A stretch of DNA of 62,986 nt from Poseidonia sp. (GTDB lineage Archaea > Thermoplasmatota > Poseidoniia > Poseidoniales > Poseidoniaceae). The stretch lies in contig JAUREO010000004.1 in the NCBI GenBank assembly GCA_030827365.1, positions 1 through 62,986 on the forward strand, written 5' to 3'. The position numbers and the translations under genes are program-made. The notes below the pieces were generated by a model that saw nothing but the letters and a program-made list of their open reading frames with translations, was not told the DNA's origin and searched no databases. Shown here piece after piece: positions 35,149 to 44,036 of this stretch (position 1 is the stretch's first letter; each line of letters opens with the position of its first letter).

Positions 35149-36651
35149 ATGAGTCGTTATGCTGAATTTCTACAAACAACTGAAGATATATTTCGACTTT
35201 CGGCTTTAGCCGGACATCTCGGTTGGGATCAAGAAGTTTTGATGCCTCAAAAAGGAGGTCAGGCAAGAGGAGATATGATGTCTTGGCTGGCCAAAGAACG
35301 GCATCAGAAATTGACAAATGAACACTATGGGAATTTAATTTCTGAACTTGAACAGAGTTCGTCACTTACGAAAGATGAACAAGCAAATGTTCGTGAAATG
35401 AGAATTGCTCATGATAAAGCGAAAGCTCTCCCTGTCGAATTTGTTGCAAAATACGCTCAACTCCGTTCCAATGCATTACGTTCATGGCAAGAAGCAAGGG
35501 CGACTTCGAATTTCTCTTCATTCTTACCCCACCTGAGGGAATTAGTTGAAATGACAAAGGAAAAAATTGCATTTTATCCACCACCGCAAACGCCGTATGA
35601 CGCATTACTGGATGAATTTGAATATGGAATGAAAGTGTCTGACTATGACCCACTCTTTGCAGGTTTGAAGCAGCGAATTGTTCCCTTGCTCCATTCGATC
35701 ATCGAAGCGAAAAAGAATCAAGAGAATTTCCATCTACCTGATGACATGATATTTTCTATAGAATCACAAACCAATTTTTGCAAGCAAGTTTCAAAACGCA
35801 TGGGATTTGATTTTGAAGCAGGACGAATGGACCAGTCAACACATCCTTTCTCCTCTGGTTTATGGAAAGGCGATACAAGATTTACCACGAGATTTGATGA
35901 AGCTGACCCCTTTTCTTGTTTGTATGCCGTCATGCATGAAACAGGTCACGCCTTGTATGAACAAGGGTTGCCACATGAATTTGCATATTGTCCTCGAGGA
36001 CAGGCTGTTTCCCTTGGCGTACATGAATCCCAATCAAGATTTTGGGAAAATCAAATTGGCCGCACACCATCCTTTTGGAAAATTGTCCTGCCGGCGCTCA
36101 AGAAAGAATTCCCAAATTTTCCCGATTGGGATGCTAAAATGCTCAATAGAATTGCCAACGATGTAGAACCGGGATTTATTCGAGTCGAAGCAGATGAAGT
36201 GACGTATAATTTGCACATCATGATTCGATACGAAATCGAGAAGAGAATCTTCAATGAAAACCTACCTCTTGAAGACATACCTCAAGTTTGGAATTCAATG
36301 ATGAAAGAATGGTTTGACCTCGATGTCGGTGAAGATTCAAATGGATGTTTACAAGACATTCATTGGTCAATGGGGGCTTTTGGATATTTCCCAACATATA
36401 CGCTTGGGAATTTATATGCTTCTCAATTGCTTGAAGCCATGGCGGATGACATTGGTGATGTCACAACGATCATTGAATCTGGTGAATGGACCCCCATACT
36501 TGAATGGCTTAAGGAAAAAATTCACGTCCATGGTAGTTTGTACACGCCTTCTGAATTAATTGAATATGCAACCGGAAGGCCTCCAACAGCCGAACCGTTC
36601 ATCAATTATCTCGAGGAGAAATATTCGAACCTCTACGAATTAAAAATTTGA
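35149..36651 (+). CDS. Carboxypeptidase M32 (Taq-type)
   Basis: PYDALLDEFE, HPF, HETGH (HExxH), HESQSRFWEN, IRVEADEVTYNLHI, GCLQDIHWSMGAFGYFPTYTLGN. Confidence 0.96.
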   Translation: MSRYAEFLQTTEDIFRLSALAGHLGWDQEVLMPQKGGQARGDMMSWLAKERHQKLTNEHYGNLISELEQSSSLTKDEQANVREMRIAHDKAKALPVEFVAKYAQLRSNALRSWQEARATSNFSSFLPHLRELVEMTKEKIAFYPPPQTPYDALLDEFEYGMKVSDYDPLFAGLKQRIVPLLHSIIEAKKNQENFHLPDDMIFSIESQTNFCKQVSKRMGFDFEAGRMDQSTHPFSSGLWKGDTRFTTRFDEADPFSCLYAVMHETGHALYEQGLPHEFAYCPRGQAVSLGVHESQSRFWENQIGRTPSFWKIVLPALKKEFPNFPDWDAKMLNRIANDVEPGFIRVEADEVTYNLHIMIRYEIEKRIFNENLPLEDIPQVWNSMMKEWFDLDVGEDSNGCLQDIHWSMGAFGYFPTYTLGNLYASQLLEAMADDIGDVTTIIESGEWTPILEWLKEKIHVHGSLYTPSELIEYATGRPPTAEPFINYLEEKYSNLYELKI

Positions 36652-38052
36652 CCATGAAGCCATAAGTAAAGGCTGACCTACTTGGCCAGGGGCGACCAAA
36701 ACACGGCCCTTTTGTCCAGTTTCTCGCGTACGTTCAAACACTGGAATACCTGCAACAATGGTTTGGACAGGCCATCCAACAAGACCAATGCCTCGGAAAG
36801 GGTTCCAACCCACACGTGACCATGAAGTTTCATCTTGAACCACAAATTCTTGTTCCATGTCAACAAGGACAACATCACCATCAAAGCCAATTGACAATTC
36901 GCCTTTTCCTTTCATATTGTAACATTCTGCAACATTTTTCGACATCCACTTCACCACATCCTCGATGGTGCATCTACCAAATTTTGCATGTGTCAACATT
37001 ACGGGAAGTGAGGTTTCGACACCCGGCATTCCACTTGGTGCCTTAGGAAATCCGAGTGCCTTTGCTTCGAGCGTATGGGGGGCATGGTCCGTAGCGATGC
37101 ATTGGATTGTTCCATCATGAAGTGAAGTCCACAATTGCTCGAGGTCTTGTTGATATCGAATCGGAGGATTCATTTTGAGGCGAGTACCTTCTCTCTCGAC
37201 ATCGATATCGTTGAATGTCAAATGCTGGGGGAGAGTTTCGGTCGTAATGTGGGCTTTATACTCATGATTAGGCAACAAAGAGGTTTGGCCAGCAAGCCAT
37301 TTTGCTTCGATGCCACTTGTAAGGTGAAGGATGTGAAGGCGATGTCCATATTTTCGTGCTAATCGAACTGCTCGTTGTGTAGCAATCAGGGCTGTTTGGT
37401 CATCGCGCCATTCAGCGTGGGCAGCAATATCGGTTCGCATCTCGAAATCGACAAAACGTGTCGAAAGGCGATGTTCATCTTCAGCGTGTACAGCAATGAG
37501 CCCGCTTGTTGTTCTAAAAATTTCATCAAGAGCATCTTCTTCGTTGACGAGTAAGTCACCGGTTGAGGACCCCATGAATACTTTGATTCCACAAATTCCA
37601 GGATGAGAAACTGGATTGAGTTGGTCGCCTACACATTTTTTCAATTCATCCACATTGTCGGGAGTTGCTCCAACAAAGAATCCAAAATTGTTTACACATT
37701 TTGATTTTGCATTCTCGATTTTTCCCTTCATCATCTCGAATGTTGTGATTGATGGAACATTGTTTGGCATGTCAAGAAAAGAAGTGACGCCACCTGAAAC
37801 AGCAGCAAATGAACCCGATTGTAAATCTTCTTTTTCTGGCTGGCCTGGGTCTCGGAAATGACATTGTGGGTCGATCATTCCAGGAAGCAGAAATAATCCT
37901 TCTCCGTTGATATAATGCTCATGGTTGTGTGGAGTGAGAGAACTTTCTGTTTCAATTTCAGCGATGACACCATTTGTGATTCGCAGGTCACCTTTTTTTC
38001 GCCCTGTGGGTAAAATCATCGTTGCATTTGCAATGAGGACATCACCATTCAT
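36640..38052 (-). CDS. pyrC: Dihydroorotase (cyclic amidohydrolase family)
   Basis: IDPQCHFRDPG, GGVTSFLDMPN, IKVFMG, VHAED, HILHLTS, ETLPQHL, KMNPPIR, IATDHAPH. The ORF track uses TTG 38064; ATG 38052 is preferred. Confidence 0.85.
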   Translation of the reverse strand: MNGDVLIANATMILPTGRKKGDLRITNGVIAEIETESSLTPHNHEHYINGEGLFLLPGMIDPQCHFRDPGQPEKEDLQSGSFAAVSGGVTSFLDMPNNVPSITTFEMMKGKIENAKSKCVNNFGFFVGATPDNVDELKKCVGDQLNPVSHPGICGIKVFMGSSTGDLLVNEEDALDEIFRTTSGLIAVHAEDEHRLSTRFVDFEMRTDIAAHAEWRDDQTALIATQRAVRLARKYGHRLHILHLTSGIEAKWLAGQTSLLPNHEYKAHITTETLPQHLTFNDIDVEREGTRLKMNPPIRYQQDLEQLWTSLHDGTIQCIATDHAPHTLEAKALGFPKAPSGMPGVETSLPVMLTHAKFGRCTIEDVVKWMSKNVAECYNMKGKGELSIGFDGDVVLVDMEQEFVVQDETSWSRVGWNPFRGIGLVGWPVQTIVAGIPVFERTRETGQKGRVLVAPGQVGQPLLMASWSNF

Positions 38053-38159
38053 TTGCTTCCCCAAACCGTTTGTCGATATACCAAGCCTTTGAACCTCTCG
38101 TTAAACTTGTATGGTAAGAAAAACAGGAGTTTAAAGCCAAGTCCGCTGATTCCCTATCT

Positions 38160-38393
38160 ATGCCCCAGTGCAATATCGATGCAAAAGGAAAAGCCGTTCG
38201 CCTCATTGGTGGTATCCTCACCGTGGTTGCATCAATTATTATAGCAGGGTTGATTCAATTCTCAGTGATACCATCCGGTCAAATTAGTTGGTTGACCGTT
38301 ATAGCAATGATGTTCGGCGGTCTCTTTGCAATTTACGAGGGTCGTACAGGATGGTGCGTTGTTCGTGCTATGGGTTTCAAAACACCTCTATGA
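38160..38393 (+). CDS. Small two-TM membrane protein (YgaP/DUF2892-like)
   Basis: CNID..GKAVRLIGG, two hydrophobic segments, C-terminal GWCVVRAMGFKTPL. Confidence 0.65.
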   Translation: MPQCNIDAKGKAVRLIGGILTVVASIIIAGLIQFSVIPSGQISWLTVIAMMFGGLFAIYEGRTGWCVVRAMGFKTPL

Positions 38394-38972
38394 ACGTAAA
38401 GCGTTCTTCGGTCTAAATGCGGAGACTACATCTGGATTCATTTCCATGTATGGCCCGCCAATTAAGTCGACGCAGTAGGGCACAGCCTTCCAAATCTCGT
38501 CAATCGTCTCTCGGATCGCTTTGGGTTGGCCTGGTAAATTAAAAATGAGGGTTGTTCCTCTAATTCCGCCCAATTGACGTGAAAGAATTGCAGTAGGAAC
38601 GTAACGAAGAGAAATCGCTCTCATCTGTTCACCAAAGCCATCGAGGATTTTGTCACAAACAGAAATGGTGGCTTCAGGCGTGACATCGCGTTGTGTGGGG
38701 CCGGTACCACCCGTCGTCACAATGACATCGCAATGAAGTTCATCAGCGAATCGAATCAACGTTCCCTCGATTTCATGTTGCTCGTCTGGAATGCAGATAT
38801 AATGAACAGTTGCGGGACTCATTAAGGAATCTTCAAAGAATGTCAAAATCGCAGGGCCGCCTTTGTCCTCATACACTTGAAAGGATGCTCTATCGCTCAC
38901 AGTAATGATTCCAAAGGTGCAATGGTCTCCAACAGTCGCCTCTCTCCCCTCGATGTACGAGACAGAATCCAT
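38388..38972 (-). CDS. mog: Molybdopterin adenylyltransferase (MogA-type)
   Basis: TVSDRAS..VYEDKGGPAI, TTGGTGP..RDVTPEAT, GFGEQMRAISL..VPTAILSRQ, NLPGQPKAI. ATG 38972 follows GAGGTGG; the ORF track starts at 38987. Confidence 0.92.
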   Translation of the reverse strand: MDSVSYIEGREATVGDHCTFGIITVSDRASFQVYEDKGGPAILTFFEDSLMSPATVHYICIPDEQHEIEGTLIRFADELHCDVIVTTGGTGPTQRDVTPEATISVCDKILDGFGEQMRAISLRYVPTAILSRQLGGIRGTTLIFNLPGQPKAIRETIDEIWKAVPYCVDLIGGPYMEMNPDVVSAFRPKNALRS

Positions 38973-38983
38973 CGTCTGCCACC

Positions 38984-41128
38984 TCATTGGTCACCGTATT
39001 TTGCAGTGATGTCGGCTTGGAAATTATCGAGAAGGGTATCTTCAAACAACTCGGTCTGACGACGCATTTTTGTGGAACGAATGTGCAAGACTGCCATGAG
39101 AATGAACACGATAATCATAATCGGAATGACGGCTTCAAGCTTGTAATTGTGCATGAATTTCACGATCCCCTCTGCAGTGTAAGCCCACGTTATTGAGGCA
39201 GCGGCGCCACCAACAAATGTTGCTGCTAAGACTCTCATGAATTTCATTCTCGAGAGCAGACCCAACATTGCACCAACCAAAACGCCAGAAGCCATGAACG
39301 GAATCCAAACAAAGACAATCAAGCCCCAGAATCCCCATTTGTTGATCATTTCACGTTTTTCGTTTGCCATGTATTCAACTGTGGAAAGCGTATCGCCAAG
39401 GAATTTGGTTTGTAACATTCTTCCACCAAGGCCGTCTTGTTTGGCGACTGCAACGAGTCTGTCATCATCTTGATTCGTTGTTCGACGCTCAATCCGACCT
39501 GCCCCAGACCTGTCAGCAAGAGTTGAAATTTCGTTTCTCGTTTTGACAACCAGTTCTTGACTTCCGAGAATGTCATCGTTCCTGTTTGAAATAAATGCGT
39601 AGAGTTCATCCTTGATGTCATCTGAAGTTTTCTTAAATCTGAAAAATGCAAACCTTTGCATTGGTCGATAAATGACAGATACAAACACAATTTTGTCATC
39701 GCTTGTCACGATTGCACCCTTCATACTCAAGTCAGTTCGACGTGTGAAGAAGAGGTCAAGACTATCTCTTACATCATCCTCTATTCTTGATAGACTGTGT
39801 AGTTCAGAAAAGAATGAGGAATAATCTTGGTCACCCGATTCTTCTTCCACAGCACCTATCCCGACTCCGGAGTCGAAATCGATGAGTTTGCTTTGACCAA
39901 TGAGTTTCACAGTCAATTGAACAGGTTTGAAAACTCGGAAGAGGGCGAATTCATCCAGTATTTCTCTCAAAATTTCTGCACGTACGTCCTTACTGTCTGA
40001 AAGCGTTCCTTCAGTATTCTGATAGGCAATGAGAATATCAACGGATAATTCACGAATTTGAATTTTAAACAAGTCCCAATCGATATTGATGTGCATTCGA
40101 TGTGAAGAAGATTCAACGATTTGCCGCACCAATTGTTCAATGTGATTTCTCGAGAGGATATCGTCAGTATCTTGGTGATAAACCTTGTACATTATCGGGT
40201 AGAGAATGAGTAAGGAAATTACAGAAAGAGAGAGTGAAATGAAGGCCATCCACCAGGCTGGCACGCCTGCAGCACCACCGGTCAACATGGCAGTTTCTCT
40301 TCCACCACCAAGTTCTGCTCCCATGAGCAGGTAAGCCCAATCGCCCAAATCTTGGACGGACCAACATGGTCGTGCTCCAGCATCAGTAATTCGAATATCC
40401 TTTGATTCAGAATTATCAACAAAAGGTAAGAAAGCAAAGGCCTTCTTACTAATTTCAATTTCAAATGTGGTGGTTTTATTAAGTTCCAAAATCAATGAAC
40501 CATTGACCCAATCCCTCTGGTCATACACATCCAAAAAGAATCGAAGTTTGTAATCTCCTGAGCCGAGATCACCGTATGGGGCTTTGAAATAGGCTTTGCC
40601 GTTCGAGTTGTCGGAATAATTGACGACTTTCAAACTTGTATTGGTGTGGTTTTCAACCAACAAATCCCCAGCCTCTTCAAATGTTTCATAAATTGAATAT
40701 TTCATTAACGCAAAACCTTCAGGTAAATTATGACCTGAGATTGAGAACAATTCCACGTCAGGTCGTAAATATACTTGCAGCCATGGTTCATCAGTAATCT
40801 CGAGGCATTCATCGCCACTATCCAAAAAGGTCTTTGATGCTGCGTGGTCAAAAGTTGTTGAATTTCCAAGCAACCCAGATGACATAGAAAAGAGAAGGAG
40901 TGCAAATACAGATCCATACATAAAGCCACCAAAGAGGACATAATCTTCGATGTTTGTCAAGAAACGACGCCCACCTCCGAGTCGACGTTGCCGGATTTCT
41001 GCTAATTCTTTGATTGCCTTGTCCTTAATCTTGGAATCGGTATCATGACCTTCTATGCCGTCTCCATCATGAATCTCGGCTTTGGCCATGGTTAACCGAG
41101 TTAGAATGATGCACATGAATCCTTTCAT
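38984..41128 (-). CDS. Multi-domain membrane protein with a split small-multidrug-export (COG2426-like) domain
   Basis: TM1, a soluble domain, GGRETAMLTG..AGVPAWWMA plus TM, a ~270-aa soluble insert, then WGLIVFVWIPFMASGVLVGAMLG...GGAAA and terminal TMs. Confidence 0.65.
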   Translation of the reverse strand: MKGFMCIILTRLTMAKAEIHDGDGIEGHDTDSKIKDKAIKELAEIRQRRLGGGRRFLTNIEDYVLFGGFMYGSVFALLLFSMSSGLLGNSTTFDHAASKTFLDSGDECLEITDEPWLQVYLRPDVELFSISGHNLPEGFALMKYSIYETFEEAGDLLVENHTNTSLKVVNYSDNSNGKAYFKAPYGDLGSGDYKLRFFLDVYDQRDWVNGSLILELNKTTTFEIEISKKAFAFLPFVDNSESKDIRITDAGARPCWSVQDLGDWAYLLMGAELGGGRETAMLTGGAAGVPAWWMAFISLSLSVISLLILYPIMYKVYHQDTDDILSRNHIEQLVRQIVESSSHRMHINIDWDLFKIQIRELSVDILIAYQNTEGTLSDSKDVRAEILREILDEFALFRVFKPVQLTVKLIGQSKLIDFDSGVGIGAVEEESGDQDYSSFFSELHSLSRIEDDVRDSLDLFFTRRTDLSMKGAIVTSDDKIVFVSVIYRPMQRFAFFRFKKTSDDIKDELYAFISNRNDDILGSQELVVKTRNEISTLADRSGAGRIERRTTNQDDDRLVAVAKQDGLGGRMLQTKFLGDTLSTVEYMANEKREMINKWGFWGLIVFVWIPFMASGVLVGAMLGLLSRMKFMRVLAATFVGGAAASITWAYTAEGIVKFMHNYKLEAVIPIMIIVFILMAVLHIRSTKMRRQTELFEDTLLDNFQADITAKYGDQ

Positions 41129-41146
41129 GGCAAATTATTGACACCT

Positions 41147-41152
41147 AAAAAA
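41147..41152 (-). terminator. Oligo-T tract (T6) after tRNA-Phe
   Basis: The minus strand reads ...CTACCCA CC TTTTTT immediately after the tRNA. Confidence 0.6.
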
Positions 41153-41154
41153 GG

Positions 41155-41227
41155 TGGGTAGGGCCGGACTTGAACCGGCGACCTCAGCATCTTCAGTGCT
41201 GCGCTCTCCCAACTAAGCTACCTACCC
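41155..41227 (-). tRNA. tRNA-Phe (GAA)
   Basis: GGGTAGG/CCTACCC acceptor stem, anticodon arm CAGCA-CT-GAA-GA-TGCTG, T arm GCCGG-TTCAAGT-CCGGC; G37; no intron; full CCA not encoded. Confidence 0.97.
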
Positions 41228-41297
41228 GATGACCTTGCGACAACCCTCATCATTTCAATGCTTTGCACTTGACGAGATGCACAACTTTGGTTCAAAT

Positions 41298-42116
41298 TTA
41301 TGCAGAGTGCAAGACTTGATTTTGAACTTTGAATATCTCTTCAAGCCCATGGGCTGCGACATCAAGCAGTTGGTTGAGTTGGTCCCTTGAGAATGTCGAC
41401 TCTTCACCAGTTCCTTGTATTTCGACAAGGGAACCGTTGCTAAGTTGAATGACATTCATGTCCACATCTGCATTCGAGTCAAGAATATAATCAAGGTCCA
41501 AAAAGATTTGATCATTCATGAGTCCCACAGAAACTGCTGCAAGGTCAAATGGCATCACCTCCATTTCATGTGCCTTCACTTCATCTTCTGAAAGATTTGG
41601 ACGAGTCCACGAGTCTTTATTTTCATCGCTTTGACGCTGGTGGGCAGGTAAACAAATTCCGTTTCTAATGAGTCTTCGAACAGCGAGTCGAAGAGCAATA
41701 TTTGCTGCGGAAATGGAAGCACATCGGGTTCCTCCATCAGCATTGAGAATATCACAATCAACATCGAGTGCGATAGGCCCTAAGGCCTCTAAGTTGACAG
41801 CAGCACGAAGCGAACGTGCGATAAGCCGTTCGATTTCTTGGGTTCTTCCTTTAGCACCGTTTCGCTCCCTGCGAAAGCGTGAATCCGTTGATGCAGGAAG
41901 AAGCGAATATTCTGCATGAACCCAGCCTTTCGATGCGTTGCGTGGAAACCATCGGGGCAGGCTGTCTTGTTTCGTAACACAACACAACACCACCGTTTCA
42001 CCTTGTTTATACAAAATACTAGCAAGAGCATTCGGAGTAAAATCCAGGACAACCTCAATCGGTCGAATTTGATGAGGTTCTCGGTTGGTTTCAAAATTCT
42101 CCTTGAATTTGGCCAT
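41298..42116 (-). CDS. rph: Ribonuclease PH, bacterial type
   Basis: GETVVLC, GWVHAEYSLLPAST, GRTQEIERLIARSLRA, DCDILNADGGTRCASI, LDLDY..DSNADVDMNV, EIQGTGE. Confidence 0.93.
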   Translation of the reverse strand: MAKFKENFETNREPHQIRPIEVVLDFTPNALASILYKQGETVVLCCVTKQDSLPRWFPRNASKGWVHAEYSLLPASTDSRFRRERNGAKGRTQEIERLIARSLRAAVNLEALGPIALDVDCDILNADGGTRCASISAANIALRLAVRRLIRNGICLPAHQRQSDENKDSWTRPNLSEDEVKAHEMEVMPFDLAAVSVGLMNDQIFLDLDYILDSNADVDMNVIQLSNGSLVEIQGTGEESTFSRDQLNQLLDVAAHGLEEIFKVQNQVLHSA

Positions 42117-42206
42117 GTTAAACCCATGAACTTCTCTTCATCAAGTCTTCCGAAGTCCAAGTTGAAGGATGGGCATCTTCAAAATACATGGCGGTAACCC
42201 CCATCT

Positions 42207-43403
42207 ATGACCCTCAATCAAGCAGTAATATGTGCGGTTGCACGAACTCCGATTGGTAAATTTCTCGGTCAATTATCAACGTTCAGTGCCGTCGAACTCG
42301 GTGTCCTTGCGGTAAAAGAAGTGTGCCACCGAGCAGGTGTTGCACCCGATTCCGGATTGATTGATGAGGTGCTTTTTGGCCAGGTGTTACAAGCAGGAGT
42401 AGGCCAAAATCCAGCACGACAAGTGGCAATAGGTGCAGGTCTGCCCGTTACGACACCTTGTACGACCATCAACAAAGTGTGTGGCTCATCACTGAAAGCA
42501 GCGATGTTTGCTGCTACAAGCATTCGGGCGGGTGAATACAAAGCCATCATCGCCGGAGGTATGGAATCCATGTCAAATGCTCCACAACTCTTGATGGGTC
42601 AACGAACTGGAACGAAAATGGGGAATTCAACGCTCATTGATTCAATGATTCATGATGGTTTGTGGGATGTGTATAATGACCTACATATGGGTACGACCGG
42701 AGAAATTGTTGCCAAAGAATCCAGCATTTCAAGAGCGGATTCTGACCGATTTGCTCTGCAGAGTCAACAACGCGCAAGCCAAGCATGGCAAAACGGGGCA
42801 TTTGATTGGGAGACCTTTCCAATCGAAGTACCACAGCGACGAGGGGACCCATTGATCGTCTCCCGTGATGAAGGTGTACGAGAAGATACCACCTTTGAGA
42901 GTCTTTCCTCACTTCGCCCCGTCTTTGACAAGGAAGGTCAAGTCACGGCAGGAAATGCAAGCACAATCAACGATGGAGCAAGTGCGGTTCTTATCGCTGA
43001 CCGAGCGTATGCAGAAGAGCAAGGTTGGCCAATTCTTGCCACAATTCTCGATTACTGTAGTTCTGGTGTTGAACCTGAACGTGTCATGAGCGCTCCAATT
43101 TATGCCGTCAAAGAGTTGCTTCAACGCAATCTTATCGGAATTGAGGATGTTGATTTGTTCGAACACAATGAGGCCTTTGCATCTGCTTCCTGTGCGGTTG
43201 CAAAAGAAGTTGGAATTCCTCATGAAAAATTCAATGTGCACGGTGGAGCGGTAAGTCTTGGCCATCCACTCGGGGCAAGCGGAACCCGTTGTCTCATAAC
43301 CATGCTCGGAGCCCTTCGAGTACGAAACCAATCAACGGGTATTGTCACCTTGTGCTTGGGTGGAGGAAATGCCGTTGCAATGTATATTCGACGAGAATCA
43401 TGA
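42207..43403 (+). CDS. Acetyl-CoA C-acetyltransferase (thiolase)
   Basis: NPARQ, TINKVCGSS (catalytic Cys), TAGNAS.INDGA, NEAFA, GHPLGASG, CLGGG. Confidence 0.97.
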   Translation: MTLNQAVICAVARTPIGKFLGQLSTFSAVELGVLAVKEVCHRAGVAPDSGLIDEVLFGQVLQAGVGQNPARQVAIGAGLPVTTPCTTINKVCGSSLKAAMFAATSIRAGEYKAIIAGGMESMSNAPQLLMGQRTGTKMGNSTLIDSMIHDGLWDVYNDLHMGTTGEIVAKESSISRADSDRFALQSQQRASQAWQNGAFDWETFPIEVPQRRGDPLIVSRDEGVREDTTFESLSSLRPVFDKEGQVTAGNASTINDGASAVLIADRAYAEEQGWPILATILDYCSSGVEPERVMSAPIYAVKELLQRNLIGIEDVDLFEHNEAFASASCAVAKEVGIPHEKFNVHGGAVSLGHPLGASGTRCLITMLGALRVRNQSTGIVTLCLGGGNAVAMYIRRES

Positions 43404-44036
43404 TCTTCGTTTCAATTGAATTCGAACGACTTTGGCAAACCCTCGATGTAAATCAGATTCGTCAAGTTCTGTCGATTCCACCTCTCCATAGATGACTTCT
43501 AAGGAAGGAGCCAATGAACCTGTTAATTCTGAAAGAATTTGGTCTAGGTCAAATAGTAAATCAAGGGACTTTGGGCCACCGCTCGTCAATGGCATTTGGC
43601 TGGTGTGATACCCTTCCATGATGAATTGCCCTCCTACCTTGAGGGAATGAAGCATTCGAGGCATGTGAATCTTGCGAATTTCGCTTGGGGTGTGGAACCA
43701 AGAACATGCAATGAGGTCAAATTGCTCAGGTTCAAAATCACGTGTGGCTAAATCATCGACTTCGTATTGAATTTCAACATCATGTTCGCTTGCAAGTAAG
43801 TTGCATTTTCGTTTTCCTTCGGAGGATAAATCGAACACGTGACTCTTCCATCCTATGGTAGCAGCCCATACCGCGTTCCTTCCCTCACCATCGGCAGGAA
43901 ACAATGCCGCATTATCTTGCGGTATATCCAATTCTTCAATTTTCTGCTTGAGCCATGCGTTTGGCAATTTTCCATATGCGTATTCTTCTCCTGAAAATCG
44001 TTCGTCCCAAGACGCTGCATTGATACGGGCATTCAT
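43398..44036 (-). CDS. Class I SAM-dependent methyltransferase
   Basis: WDERFS...YAYG..PN.WL, PADGEGRNAVW, FDLIACSW, SLKVGGQFIMEGY. Confidence 0.9.
   Translation of the reverse strand: MNARINAASWDERFSGEEYAYGKLPNAWLKQKIEELDIPQDNAALFPADGEGRNAVWAATIGWKSHVFDLSSEGKRKCNLLASEHDVEIQYEVDDLATRDFEPEQFDLIACSWFHTPSEIRKIHMPRMLHSLKVGGQFIMEGYHTSQMPLTSGGPKSLDLLFDLDQILSELTGSLAPSLEVIYGEVESTELDESDLHRGFAKVVRIQLKRRS

Noticed and set aside
41298-42116. Archaeal exosome subunit Rrp41
   Set aside because: Motifs match bacterial Rph, and no rrp42/rrp4 genes are adjacent as in the usual exosome operon.
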